Shown: piece after piece, positions 53,326 through 64,000 of the stretch | Layout: each line of letters starts with the position of its first letter | How positions within the stretch are numbered: position 1 is the stretch's first letter | NCBI RefSeq assembly: GCF_006345805.1 | Contig: NC_042999.1 | Coordinates: forward strand, 116,126,001 to 116,190,000 | Length of the DNA: 64,000 bases | Direction: 5' to 3' | DNA from: Octopus sinensis | Lineage: Eukaryota | Made by a program: the position numbers and the translations under genes | The notes under the pieces: model-generated | Told to the model about the DNA's origin: nothing | The model's database searches: none | What the model saw: only the letters and a program-made list of their open reading frames with translations

Positions 53326-55567
53326 AGAAAGCACCAGGCTTTAAAAACTGGAAAAGTACTGGGATCAATTTATTTGACCAAAAATCCTTTAAGGCGGTGC
53401 CCCAGCATGGCTGTAGTCTGATGACTGAAATGATAAAAGATGTATATGTATATATACATGGCAGGCTTCCACATAGTTTTTATTTACCAAATTCTCTCAC
53501 AAGACATTGGTTGACCCAGAGCTATAATAGAAGACACTTGTCCAAGGTACCACACAGTGAGACTGAACTTGAAAGCAAATGGTTGCAACACAAGCTTCTT
53601 AACCACACAGCCATACCTGTGCATATTTTGCCTGAAAAATGGTAATTCACCAGGCAATGTAATACTCTTTTACACTTTTACTCTTTTATTTGTTTCGGGC
53701 ATTTGATTGCAGCCATGCTGGAGCACCACCTTTAGTCAAACAAATTGACCCCAGGACTCATTCTTTGTGGTCGGTAAGCAAGCTGCCTACCACACAGTCA
53801 CTCCTGTGCCTGGTTATAAATTGTATATAGATATCACTTTGTTGTACAATTCCCAGTAAATTTGTAAATTTTTACCCCCCCCCCCTCATTTCAATTTCAA
53901 TGTGAGAGTCGTTTCATCATGTGAGTGGGTGCAAGATATTTTGAAGTATGTGTTGGCTTCCTTGATTTGAAAAACAATACCTAGCCAAAGGTGTGGAAGC
54001 AGTTTCTTTAATATATAGCTTTTCTCCAAATAACATATTTGATGCTGAATTGTTTTTTTTTTTGTTTTGTTTATTTGTTCTTCTCAAAAACTTGAATACA
54101 TTTCTAGCTATGTTGTGCCAAATTAAAAACATAACTTCCAAGAATATGTCATTTTAAATGCTTTTTTTTTTCTTTTTTGCACTTCATTCTGTTTCTAAAA
54201 GATGTACTGAGAAGATGTAGATAGGTGGGTGGGGTGGAAGGTGTGTGGGACTACTTTGAGAGCAGCTAACAGCTGGAAATGTTGTATTCATATGTATGTG
54301 TAGGCTATATCATTATGTGTTATTTTGGTCAACACATCCCAACCACATGGTTCTGGGTTCAGTTCCACTGTGTGGCATCTTGGGCAAGTGTTTTCTACCA
54401 TAACCTCAGGCTGATCAAAGGCTTGTGAAGTGGATTTGTTAGATGGCAACTAAAAGAAGCCCATCATATGTGTGTGTGTGTGTATGTACATATATCTTTG
54501 TGCCTGTGTTTGTCCCCACCACCTCTTGCCAGCTGGTGTTGGTGTATTCACATCCCTGTAACTTAGTGGTTCAGCAAAAGATATCAATAGAATAAGTACC
54601 ACGCTTAAAAAATATAAGTACTGGAGTCAATTCATTTGACTAAAAATTCTTTAAGGCAGTACCCCAGCATGGCCACAGTCTAATAACTGAAGAATATAAA
54701 AGATATAAAATAGGCAGATTTAACATTTATTGTCAGTGTGATTATCTACTGAGAAGGGTGGGTTTCAAATCTAGTTAGAAATGTTTTCATCAGCAGTCAT
54801 TATCAAATGTGTTCCAGCCATGACTATCCCATTTTAGGAGCATATCTATGATTACATTTTGCAGTTTGTCCTTTCCTTATTTTATTTAACTCTTTAACAT
54901 TTAAACAGGCCATATCTGGCCCAAATATTTTACCTGTTTTACTTTGAAACTGGCCAGATATGACCTCTCACACATACTCTTCATTGTCATTCTAAAAATA
55001 ACCAATCACATCATTGAAATCTTGAAGCTCTGACATTACACATGATTAATTCAAAACAATGAAAAGGCTTTATGTTGTACAGAGTAATCTGACTGCTAAA
55101 AAGTTTAAAAAGTTACCTCCTCGAGTCATACTGACGTATAAGGGCAGGTTTCCTGGTTTCCAAGACGTATATATTCTGACCTGGATGGGATGCCAATCTG
55201 TCACAGGATTACTCCTTTTTGCCAGCTGAGTGTTTTGCTCAGATGAAGTGTTTTGCTCAAGAACTCAACATGTCATCCAGTCCGCGAATTGAAACCACAA
55301 TCTTACAATCATGAGTCCAACACACTAACCACTAAGCCACACAGCTCCACGATCTGAATGCTAAAGAGCTAAAGCACTCGGTAGATTGATGAGGTAGATT
55401 TGTCTGCTAGTTCTAGCAGGTTGTTGGATTAGGTAGAATCTTCGTAGAGATGTATTAGCATTGAGTACAGTTATATATGATGGTGTTACAGTTCTATATT
55501 TAAGAGATGAGGAATTATGTACATTATTTACAATTGACGGATGTTTGTCGTCATCTTGTTTGTTGTT

Positions 55568-55613
55568 AACGCAACATTTCAGCTGATATATCCTCCAGCC
55601 TTCATCAGGTGTT
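55568..55613 (-). ncRNA. Minimal hammerhead motif, repeat family H1 (left arm)
   Basis: Minus strand AACAC-CTGATGA-A-GGCTG-GAGGATATAT-CAGCT-GAAAT-GTT-GCGTT. Confidence 0.65.
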
Positions 55614-55691
55614 TTGGGGAAATTTCGACCCTGAGCTCTCATTCCTAAGGTAATTTTCAATGTTGTTGTTGTTATTATTATTATTATTGTT

Positions 55692-55761
55692 CAGGTCACT
55701 GCTTGGAATTGAACTCGGAATCTTGGGGTTAGTAGCCCGTGCTCTTAACCACTATGCCATA
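55692..55761 (-). other. tRNA-like Pol III head (not a functional tRNA)
   Basis: TATGGCATAGTGGTTAAGAGCACGGGCTACTAACCCCAAGATTCCGAGTTCAATTCC carries an A box (TGGCATAGTGG) and a B box (GAGTTCAATTCC). The anticodon-like stem is imperfect and there is no acceptor stem. Confidence 0.75.
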
Positions 55762-55814
55762 ACATCATTGAAAAATACCTTAGGAATGAGAAGCCAGGTT
55801 TGAAATTTCTCCAA

Positions 55815-55867
55815 GACACCTGATGAAGGCTGTGGGGGGGGGGGCATATCAGCCAAAACATTGTGTT
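55815..55867 (+). ncRNA. Decayed minimal hammerhead motif, repeat family H1 (right arm)
   Basis: GACAC-CTGATGA-A-GGCTG-(G-rich loop)-CAGCC-AAAAC-ATT-GTGTT. Stems I and II are intact; GAAA has become AAAA and ACGT has become ACAT. Confidence 0.62.
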
Positions 55868-56447
55868 AACAACAAGATGAGGACAAATATCCGTCAAATG
55901 TAAATAATGTAGGCATAGGAGGCTATGTAGTAAGTAGTGTGCTTACGGACTTAATTGGTTTTAGGTTCAGTCACACTGTGTGGCACCTTGGGCAAGTGTC
56001 TTCTATTATAGCTTCAGGCTGACCAAAGCCTTGTGAGTGGATTTGGAAGACGGAAACTGAAAGAAGCCCGTCAAATATATGTATATATATGTATGTGTGT
56101 CTGTGTTTGTCCTGCCAACATCGCTTGACAACCAATGCTAGTGTCTTTACATCCCTGTTACTTAGCGGTTTGGCAAAAGAAACCGATAGAATAAGTGCTA
56201 GGCTTGCAAAGAATAAGTCCTGAGGTTGATTTGCTTGACTAAAGGTGGTGCTCCAGCAAGGCCGGTTACAAAGCCAGCTTCCCAACCACACGGCCATATC
56301 TGCACCTATATATAAATACACACACACACACACACACACACATACACACACACACACACTCTCATTCACACATACACACACACACTCAAATACACACACA
56401 CACACTCATTCACACACACACACTCATTCACACATACACACACACAC

Positions 56448-56483
<36 letters not shown>

Positions 56484-56677
56484 TAGCATAGCTGTGTTGT
56501 CGAAGATACCGACAGTTTTATTAATTGTAGAAAATGACACATCAAAGCATTTGGGGAAACATTGATAGACGTCAAAAATCAAGTAAATATACATACTTGC
56601 ACAGAATTGAAGTACTTGAACAATCAGATAAGGTTGTAACATCTCAGTTGAAAATATCATCCATTTAATATATGTGT

Positions 56678-57131
56678 ATAGGTGCAGGCATGACTTATAG
56701 GTGCAGGCATGGCTTATAGGTGCAGGCATAGCTTATAGGTGCAGACATGGCTTATAGGTGCAGGCATAGCTTATAGGTGCAGGCATAGCTTATAGGTGCA
56801 GGCATGGCTTATAGGTGCAGGCATGACTTATAGGTGCAGACATGGCTTATAGGTGCAGGCATAGCTTATAGGTGCAGGCATAGCTTATAGGTGCAGGCAT
56901 AGCTTTAGGTGCAGGCATGGCTTATAGGTGCAGGCATAGCTTATAGGTGCAGGCATGGCTTATAGGTGCAGGAATGGCTTATAGGTGCAGGCATGGCTTA
57001 TAGGTGCAGGCATGACTTATAGGTGCAGACATGGCTTATAGGTGCAGGCATAGCTTATAGGCTCAGGCATGGCTTACAGTTGCAGGTATGGCTTATAGAC
57101 ACAGGCATAGCTTATAGGCGCAGGCATGACT
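56678..57131 (+). repeat. 19-bp minisatellite, 24 units, consensus ATAGGTGCAGGCAT(G/A)GCTT
   Basis: Units counted directly. One unit is 18 bp; the last four are more diverged; there are no spacers. Confidence 0.95.
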
Positions 57132-57166
57132 GTGTGGTTAGAAGCTTGCTTCCCAACCACATGGGC

Positions 57167-57811
57167 AAGAAATTGGAACAAAGAGCCAATGTGAAATTTT
57201 GCATTAAACTTGAGAAGTCTGCTGCAGAAACATTGAGCATGCTTTGGCAAGTTTGTAGTGATGATGCAATGGGTCATATGCAATGTTTTGAGTGGCACAG
57301 TTGCTTCAAAAGCAGAACGTCCTTGGAAGACAACAAGTGATCTGGAAGACCTGCCATGAGTGTCCTCCCTGGAAAATTCATCAGCTTGTGCCTGAGGATC
57401 ACTGGAGGACAATCAACAACATTGCTGATGTTGTTGGGCTGTTGTATGGGTCCGTGCAGGCAATCTTAATGCCTGGATTCTTCATGATGACAATGCACCC
57501 TGTCACTAAGCTCTCCTCACTCTTGAGTTTCTCGCCAAAACATAGTATCATTTCTGCACCCCCCCCCCCATTCACCAGATTTAGCAGCTCAAAGGTTGCC
57601 ATTTTAACTCTGTTGTTGAGATCAAGAGTGAATTGCAGAAGGCCCTCAACTCATGTTAAATGACTTCTAGGCTGGATTCCAGTAGTACAGGAATGCTGGG
57701 ACCAGTGCATTGATGCACAAGGTGAGTATTTTGAAGGAGATGATGATAAAACTTAGGTTATTTTTTTTATTAAACATAACTAGTCTTGGAACTCTTTGAT
57801 ACCATCATGTA
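57167..57811 (+). mobile_element. Decayed, internally deleted mariner (second family)
   Basis: KLEQRANVKFCIKLEKSAAETLSMLWQVCSDDAMGHMQCFEWHSCFKSRTSLEDNK*SGRP is a mariner HTH N-terminus. A C-terminal remnant ...QGEYFEGD follows, then a TIR-like end GGAACTCTTTGATACCATCATG-TA. Confidence 0.82.
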
Positions 57812-57812
57812 C

Positions 57813-57848
<36 letters not shown>

Positions 57849-58353
57849 TCAAATTTTTCTTTGCAGTCTTAAAATCTATCTCTGTTTCTATCTCTAAATC
57901 TGTCTTTTTTCCATCTGTCTAAATGACTATTTGCCTGTCTATTTGTCTGTCCATTATTCTAGTTTTCATCTTCTGCTTCTGCAATTACGAGCAATAATTT
58001 TCTCTCTTTCTTCACCCTCATTTCTCTATACATGCATGCATCCATCCATACATACATACATACATACATACATACAAACAAACAACTAAGCTTCAATTCA
58101 ATTAGGTACTTAAATTAAGGTACCTTATTAGGCCCAAATAATTTGTGCACCCAAACAATATCAGGTGAATATCAAACTCTGTATTTGCACCTGATATTCT
58201 TTCAGTTTATGCAGGCAACAGGACCCAACTTAGTGAAGATATCTGCTCTTGGTTGTTCAGATATGCACTTAATATAAAAATACTTTCTATAATATTTCCG
58301 AAGTGCAGAATCCAGGTTAGGTGAATAAAATATAAATGAGCAACAAAGTTGTA

Positions 58354-58638
58354 CAGGTGTCAATTCATTATGATCATTTCAAGCAACACCTTTAATTGAT
58401 TAATGAAAACATTGCATCATTGCAAATAAATCGTTTTCTTCAAATGACTGCATAGACTTCAAAAAAAAAAAGCAAACAAACTGCTTAAACATATTCATAC
58501 CACCAACGGAACTTGTTTGTCCTTTTTGTTTGAAGTCTATGCCGTCATCTGAAGAAAACGGTTTCTTTGCAATGACGTAATGTTTTCATTAATCAATTAA
58601 AGAACTCACTTGAAACATTTAATAATGATTGACACCTG
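58354..58638. mobile_element. Tc1/mariner-type foldback MITE, 285 bp
   Basis: TA-CAGGTGTCAAT...ATTGACACCTG-TA, with arms of about 125 bp inverted over their full length. Confidence 0.8.
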
Positions 58639-58723
58639 TACATCTTTGTTTGTGACTGCGTGTGTACCGTTGGTGATTTTTTTTTCCTCCGTCTTCCCTT
58701 CTCTGACTCTTTTCTTTTCCCAT

Positions 58724-58758
58724 GTTTCTGATGAAGAGCTCTGCTTGAAACATAAAAC
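58724..58758 (+). ncRNA. Decayed minimal hammerhead motif, repeat family H2
   Basis: GTTT-CTGATGA-A-GAGC-TCT-GCTT-GAAAC-ATA-AAAC. Stem I GTTT/AAAC is perfect; the stem III palindrome is broken (ACAT). Flanks (TTCCTGAGCG, ATAATACT, TTGTTCCACGT) match those of the 8.8-kb copy. Confidence 0.6.
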
Positions 58759-59353
58759 TCTCTTTCTTTCCTTCCTTCCTGAGCGTCCAATAATACTATA
58801 TTTGTTCCACGTCCTTGCGCTGTTGTGTTTTCATATTTGGATTAAATATATATATATGTATAATGATGATGATAATAATAATACACACATGCACACACAC
58901 ACACATACACACACACACACACACACATACGAAGGTAACGAATGGTCTTCCACCCCCCTTCCTCTTGCTTTCTCCTGTATCCTCTTCCTCTCACTCAATT
59001 CTTAGTGTCAATGTCTTTTAAAGAAGGAAAGTATTGTAGCTACAAAGAAAGATTCCTTTTTTGTCGTTATCTCTGATTTTATCTCAACAAAAGAGTTATG
59101 GCCCCTGTATGTGTTTGGCATCATGTGTGAATGTGCAATATGTTTATGATTACACACACATGCATAATTACATCCACATTCAACTTAAAATTATTAATCT
59201 TTTTTTTTTCTGTGGCTAACTGAGGTAATAGTGTTTTAGAATTATCTTGGTTTATTTGCATACTTACACAGACTCACTCATGCATAAAGATGTGTGTGTC
59301 TGTCATTATATATGAGAGCGTGTGTGTATTTATGTTATACATACATACATGCA

Positions 59354-59765
59354 GGCGGCGAGCTGGCAGAAATGTTAGCACGCCAGGCGAAATGCTTAGC
59401 GGTATTTCGTCTGCTGTTATGTTCTGAGTTCAAATTCTGCCGAGGTCGACTTTGCCTTTCATCCTTTCGGGGTCGATAAATTAAGTTCCAGATGAATACT
59501 GGGGTCGATGTAGTCGACTTAATCCGTTTGTCTGTCCTTGTTTGTTCCCTCTGTGTTTAGCCCCTTGAGGGTAGTAAAGAAATAGGTATTTCCTCTGTCT
59601 TTACGTTCTGAGTTCAAATTCCGCTGAGGTCAACCTTGCCTGTCATCCTTTCAGGGTTGATATATAAAGTACCATTTATGCACTGGGGTTGATGTAATCA
59701 ACTTAATCCCTTTGTCTGTCTTTGTTTGTCTCCCTCTATGTTTAGCCCTTGTGGGCAATAAAGAA
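59354..59765 (+). mobile_element. Young, CpG-rich SINE-B copy plus a second partial copy
   Basis: GGCGGCGAGCTGGCAGAAATGTTAGCACGCCAGGCG...GAGTTCAAATTCTGCCGAGGTCGACTTTGCC; CpGs are retained. Confidence 0.8.
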
Positions 59766-60845
59766 ATATATACTTACATACATGTGTGTGTGTGTGTTTG
59801 CCTGTGTGTGTGTGTGTGTGTGTGTTTGCCTGTGTGTGTTTGCCTGTGTGTGTGTTTTATGTGTAAATAGTGTGGCTGTGTGGTAAATAATGTTTCCCAA
59901 CCATATCATTCCTGCTTCAGTCCCATTGCATGACACCTTGGGCAAGTGTTTGCTAACCAAACCTTTTGAATGAATTTGGTGGACAGAACCTGAAAGTAGC
60001 CCATCTTTTCTATCCATCTGTCAATCTTTCTGTCTATATCTATTTATGTATGTATACCAAAGCTTCACAACTGATGTTTGTTTGTTTACATCCCCATAAC
60101 TTAGCAGTTTGGCAAAGAAATAGAGTGATACAAGTATCATGCTTTAAAGAATAAATACTATGATTGATTGATTCAACTAAAACCCCTCAAGGTGGTACTC
60201 CAGCATGACCACAGTCCAGTGATTGAAATGAAATATATGTGTGTATACATGTGTGTGTGTGTATATGTATATGTGTGCATACATATATATGCATTTGTAT
60301 ATATATTTATGTCTTGCCTATATATGTCTGTATATATATGTAGCTATGTACAAGCGTCTATATGTTTAGTGTATAGATGTATATTATAGATGATTTGGTG
60401 TATGGATATACTGCTAAATGTATATGTAATCCAACATGAAAATTTTTTTTAATGGATATAACTTTTAATGTATTGATTAATATTTTACAGATAATTATTT
60501 ACCCTGGGTATTCTGCCCTTCTTTATAAGCTATTTTCAATTTAAGGTTTTCTTTGATTTTTTATAATAAGATGATGTTTTTATACCACAATTTTTTCATT
60601 GCATGCAACCATCATTGTAAAGACTGTTAGTTGAAAGGACCAATGAAACAAAGCCATTTTCAAATGTGTATCTATTAAACTAATTGTATATTTTTGCTTA
60701 TCTAAACAAAACTGTCCGATGAATGGGAACGTGAAACTCTGAGTAACAGTTTTTCGTGCTGCTTTTTAATAAAGCATATTACTCTACCTCTGGTATTCGA
60801 GTACTATTTTTTCCACCTTGTTTCGCATTCATGTTCTTACTCTGG

Positions 60846-60890
<45 letters not shown>

Positions 60891-61421
60891 GTACATATTA
60901 TATATACATACACACACACTCTCACACATATACATATGTACATACACATATTCACACACACAAACATACACACACACACACACATACATACAACTATATA
61001 TTATATAGATTCACATATATACATATACACAAATATATATATTGTAGTTTGGAGAACATTTTCAGCATTCTCTGCAATACTGTTTTGGAAATAAGTCTTC
61101 CCATACATCATTGCTTTTCTTCTGGTGCTTTTGGTGGTTGGCGAGTGCTTGGCTTGGACAGGTGTCAAAAACATGTTCCAGCATGTTTTTCCTCTCGCTT
61201 TACTTTCTTTGATCTGTTGGAAAACTGTGGTATGAAACCTTTGCCAAGCCTGCAACCCTTTTAGACTCCTACCATGGTTCTTTAGTTTTTAAAACTGGAA
61301 GTTGGGCCAATTGGAGGTGTGGAACTTGGTGAATTCTTACTCTGATTTATGTGTCAGTTATTTCCCACCTGAATGGTGGTGTACGTTGGTTGTCTATTAT
61401 TGCATCCATATGCTCTTTTGT

Positions 61422-61463
<42 letters not shown>

Positions 61464-63400
61464 ATTAATGCTATGTGGTGAAACAGGTTTTTTTTTTTGT
61501 ATTATTTGTTTTTCTCCTAATGCATTGGTATGTAGAATGGGACAATTCCATAGCTTTGGCTCTTCAGAACAATTTAAAATTTAATAGCACGTCTACTTGT
61601 TTATTAATATTGTTCTTTATCAATTTTGCACAAACTTTCATATGAAAAAATTGCACGCGCACTCACATGCATGCACACACACACACACACACACACACAC
61701 CACACACACACACACATATCAAAAGCTCAGAAGCATACACACAACACATGTGATCATTGTAGAGTAGGTGCTTAACTGTTATTACATCCTAACTGATGAT
61801 TTTATCATATTTCCCAATGTTAGTTATTCTGTGTATAATGTTTGTGAAAAGAGAACTTGTAGACGTACATCACACACACACACACACACACGCACACACA
61901 TACACACGCACGCATGGACACAAGCACACACACACTTACATAGTAATCATATTCACTTGATTATTTATCCTTAATGGGGTGCCCATGTTTATCCAGAAAA
62001 TTAATTGCAGCTTATTTTATATTGGAAAAACCTAGTTGGTTGCTGGTTGACTGTTCAGGAAATACTTGTTGGATGGCCATTACAACAATGCTAGCTCTCT
62101 CAAACCTGAAGTCTGTCATTTCAATTATCCAAGCTACATCCATCTACATCTTGCCATTTGTAGCACAGTACATGGATCTCGTGTCTCCTGCTTGTATCAT
62201 GAACAACAGGTAAAAAAAAAAATTGGTATTCTGCCAGTTATGACAACATGGGCTCCAGTTGATCCAATCAATGGAACAGCCTGCTCATAAAATTAACTTA
62301 CAAGTGGCTGAGCACTCCACAGACGCATATACCCTTAATGCAGTTCTCAAGGAGATTCAGCATGACACAGAATGTGACAAGGCTGGCCCTTTGAAATACA
62401 AGTACTACACATCTTTTGCCAGCTGAGTGGACTAGAGCAGTGCGAAATAAAGTGTCTTGCTCAAGGATACAACACATTGCCAGGAATTTAACTCATGACC
62501 TTACTATCACGAGCAGAATACCCCTAACCACTAAGCCATGTACCTTCACATATGAACAACAGTTAATTTTTCAGTTAAATGCAGGCTACCTCAACTTAGA
62601 TTAACATTTGCAATCAGTATTTCTCCAACACATCATTCCAAATATCAACAGTGGCCATTTTCTTGTTCTTTAGTGACAAATAGCAAATATATAAATGTAT
62701 CAGCCCATCTGCTCAGGTTGTTTTTTTTTTCTTTTACCTTTTTTCTTTTTCCCTCTGATCAAAGATAGTCAATCCGATCAGCCTCCAGTTATACTGAAGG
62801 TGTTCAGAGGCTGAAGTTTGATGTTCAGTATCTGTTGCTTAAAAAGTCCATTTCAGCTTATGCATAAGAAACAGGTCTCTTATTGATGACCAGCTGATTT
62901 TTTTCACCCATCACATTATTTGATGAAATAAACAAAAATAGTTATTAATCATTTTCTTTTACTTAGAATATAATATCAAATATCAAAATTATGAAAAAAA
63001 TTGAAACCTAGTGATTTTCAATTTTGGGAGTGGTGTGGAAATGGACGTAGGCTATATTGATACAATCTATAATTATTTTATGAAAATTAAAATTTTTATG
63101 TATAAACTTAGATCATTTAAATAAATAAAGATTTCTCTTTCATTCATAAGCAGTTTGCATTATGCTTGCACCATTCGAATGTGGGCGATGCCAGTGCTGC
63201 CTTGACTGGCTTCCATGCTGGTGACACATAAAAAGCACCCACTACACTCACGGAGTGGTTGGTTTTAGGAAGGGCATTCAGCTGAAGAAACACTGCCAGA
63301 TCAGACTTGAGCCTGGTACACCCCCTGGCTTCCATGACCCTGCTAGCATGGAAAACGGACGTTAAACGATGATGATATATATATATATATATATATATAT

Positions 63401-63965
63401 ATCATAAGAATGGTCTTCCCACAGACCCAGTGCCCCTAGCAAGCTCTCCGTAGAGTATGTCCTTGGGGATTCTGCCATCTTCCATACGGCTAACATGTCC
63501 AAGCCATCTCATATGTCTTTGTGTGAGGAGTGCAAACATGCTTGGTATTCCTGCTTGCTTGAGGACATCTTTGTTGGGGACATGATTCTGCCATTTGATA
63601 CAAGGATGTTTGCAAAAGGGACATGAAGGCCTGCATTATCAATATTAGCAACTGGGAAGCAGTTGCCAGCAACCATGGAGATTTGCGACGTACTGTAATA
63701 GAGGGAACACAAAGGAGTGACAGAGAGAGAGAGAGGAGAAATGGAAAGACAACAAAAGATATCAACAAGAAACTATGACATTACAACCAGCCAGACAAAG
63801 TCTTCACTACATTTGTGGCACCTGCCAGAGGGAGTGTTTGTCCAGGATAGGACTACACAGCTACAGCAGGAAATGTATTAGGACATAAAATGTGAAAGCC
63901 AGACTAGATTATTTTATGCACAACTCCATTGTCTCCCGAGACAAAAAGAATGCCAACAACAACAA
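63401..63965 (+). mobile_element. RTE LINE (second family) with inverted 5' segment, inserted in (TA)n
   Basis: Minus strand 63401-63608 gives IKWQNHVPNKDVLKQAGIPSMFALLTQRHMRWLGHVSRMEDGRIPKDILYGELARGTGSVGRPFL. Plus strand from 63599 gives YKDVCKRDMKAC...WEAVAS...YICGTCQRECLSRIGLHSYSRKC, then an (AAC)n tail. Confidence 0.88.
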
Positions 63966-64000
63966 TATATATATATATATACACACATATACATACATAC

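Larger units (their letters stand above)
55520..55911. repeat. Inverted repeat with arms of about 150 bp (55520-55667 and 55761-55911) around the tRNA-like head
   Basis: The left arm TACATTATTTACAATTGACGGATG...CTAAGGTAATTTTCAATG is the reverse complement, with scattered changes, of the right arm CATTGAAAAATACCTTAG...CGTCAAATGTAAATAATGTA. Confidence 0.85.

Noticed and set aside
55692-55761. Functional tRNA gene (also the heads at 15970 and 41415)
   Set aside because: A and B boxes are present, but acceptor and anticodon stems do not pair, and each runs into a repeat body or tail.
56678-57131. Regular short repeat array as a CRISPR
   Set aside because: Units are contiguous with no unique spacers, the sequence is eukaryotic, and there are no cas genes.
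61001-61290. Minus-strand stretch resembling a THAP or LINE zinc-finger motif (YHSFPTDQRK; GLQAWQR)
   Set aside because: Only short partial resemblances in different frames; cannot be assigned without a search.

Overview
Eukaryotic, AT-rich, microsatellite- and transposon-dense genomic DNA. The repeat families look like those of a coleoid cephalopod, most likely Octopus (inferred from repeat style, not from a search). The only host protein-coding sequence I can support is three internal + strand exons (14054-14179, 27148-27240, 37317-37549) of a HAD-superfamily pseudouridine-5'-phosphatase (PUDP/HDHD1). All three have canonical AG/GT ends and compatible phases. I could not find the first (FDMDG) or last (CLVFED) coding exons, so most or all of the window is probably PUDP intron. 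The introns hold a near-intact DD34D mariner (one nonsense codon) and decayed maT, mariner, Merlin, Helitron, Penelope-like, RTE and R4/Dong elements. They also hold three or more tRNA-derived SINE families, several foldback elements and MITEs, two near-perfect tandem duplications and a 19-bp minisatellite. The most interesting signals: (1) four minimal type I hammerhead-ribozyme motifs in two repeat families, one joined to a tRNA-like Pol III head inside an inverted-repeat cassette; (2) a clean twin-priming 5' inversion in an RTE LINE; (3) an exon acceptor abutted by a SINE (ATT)n tail; (4) inverted repeat copies bracketing the three-exon block. Nearly all long ORFs in the supplied track are translated microsatellites or TE remnants.
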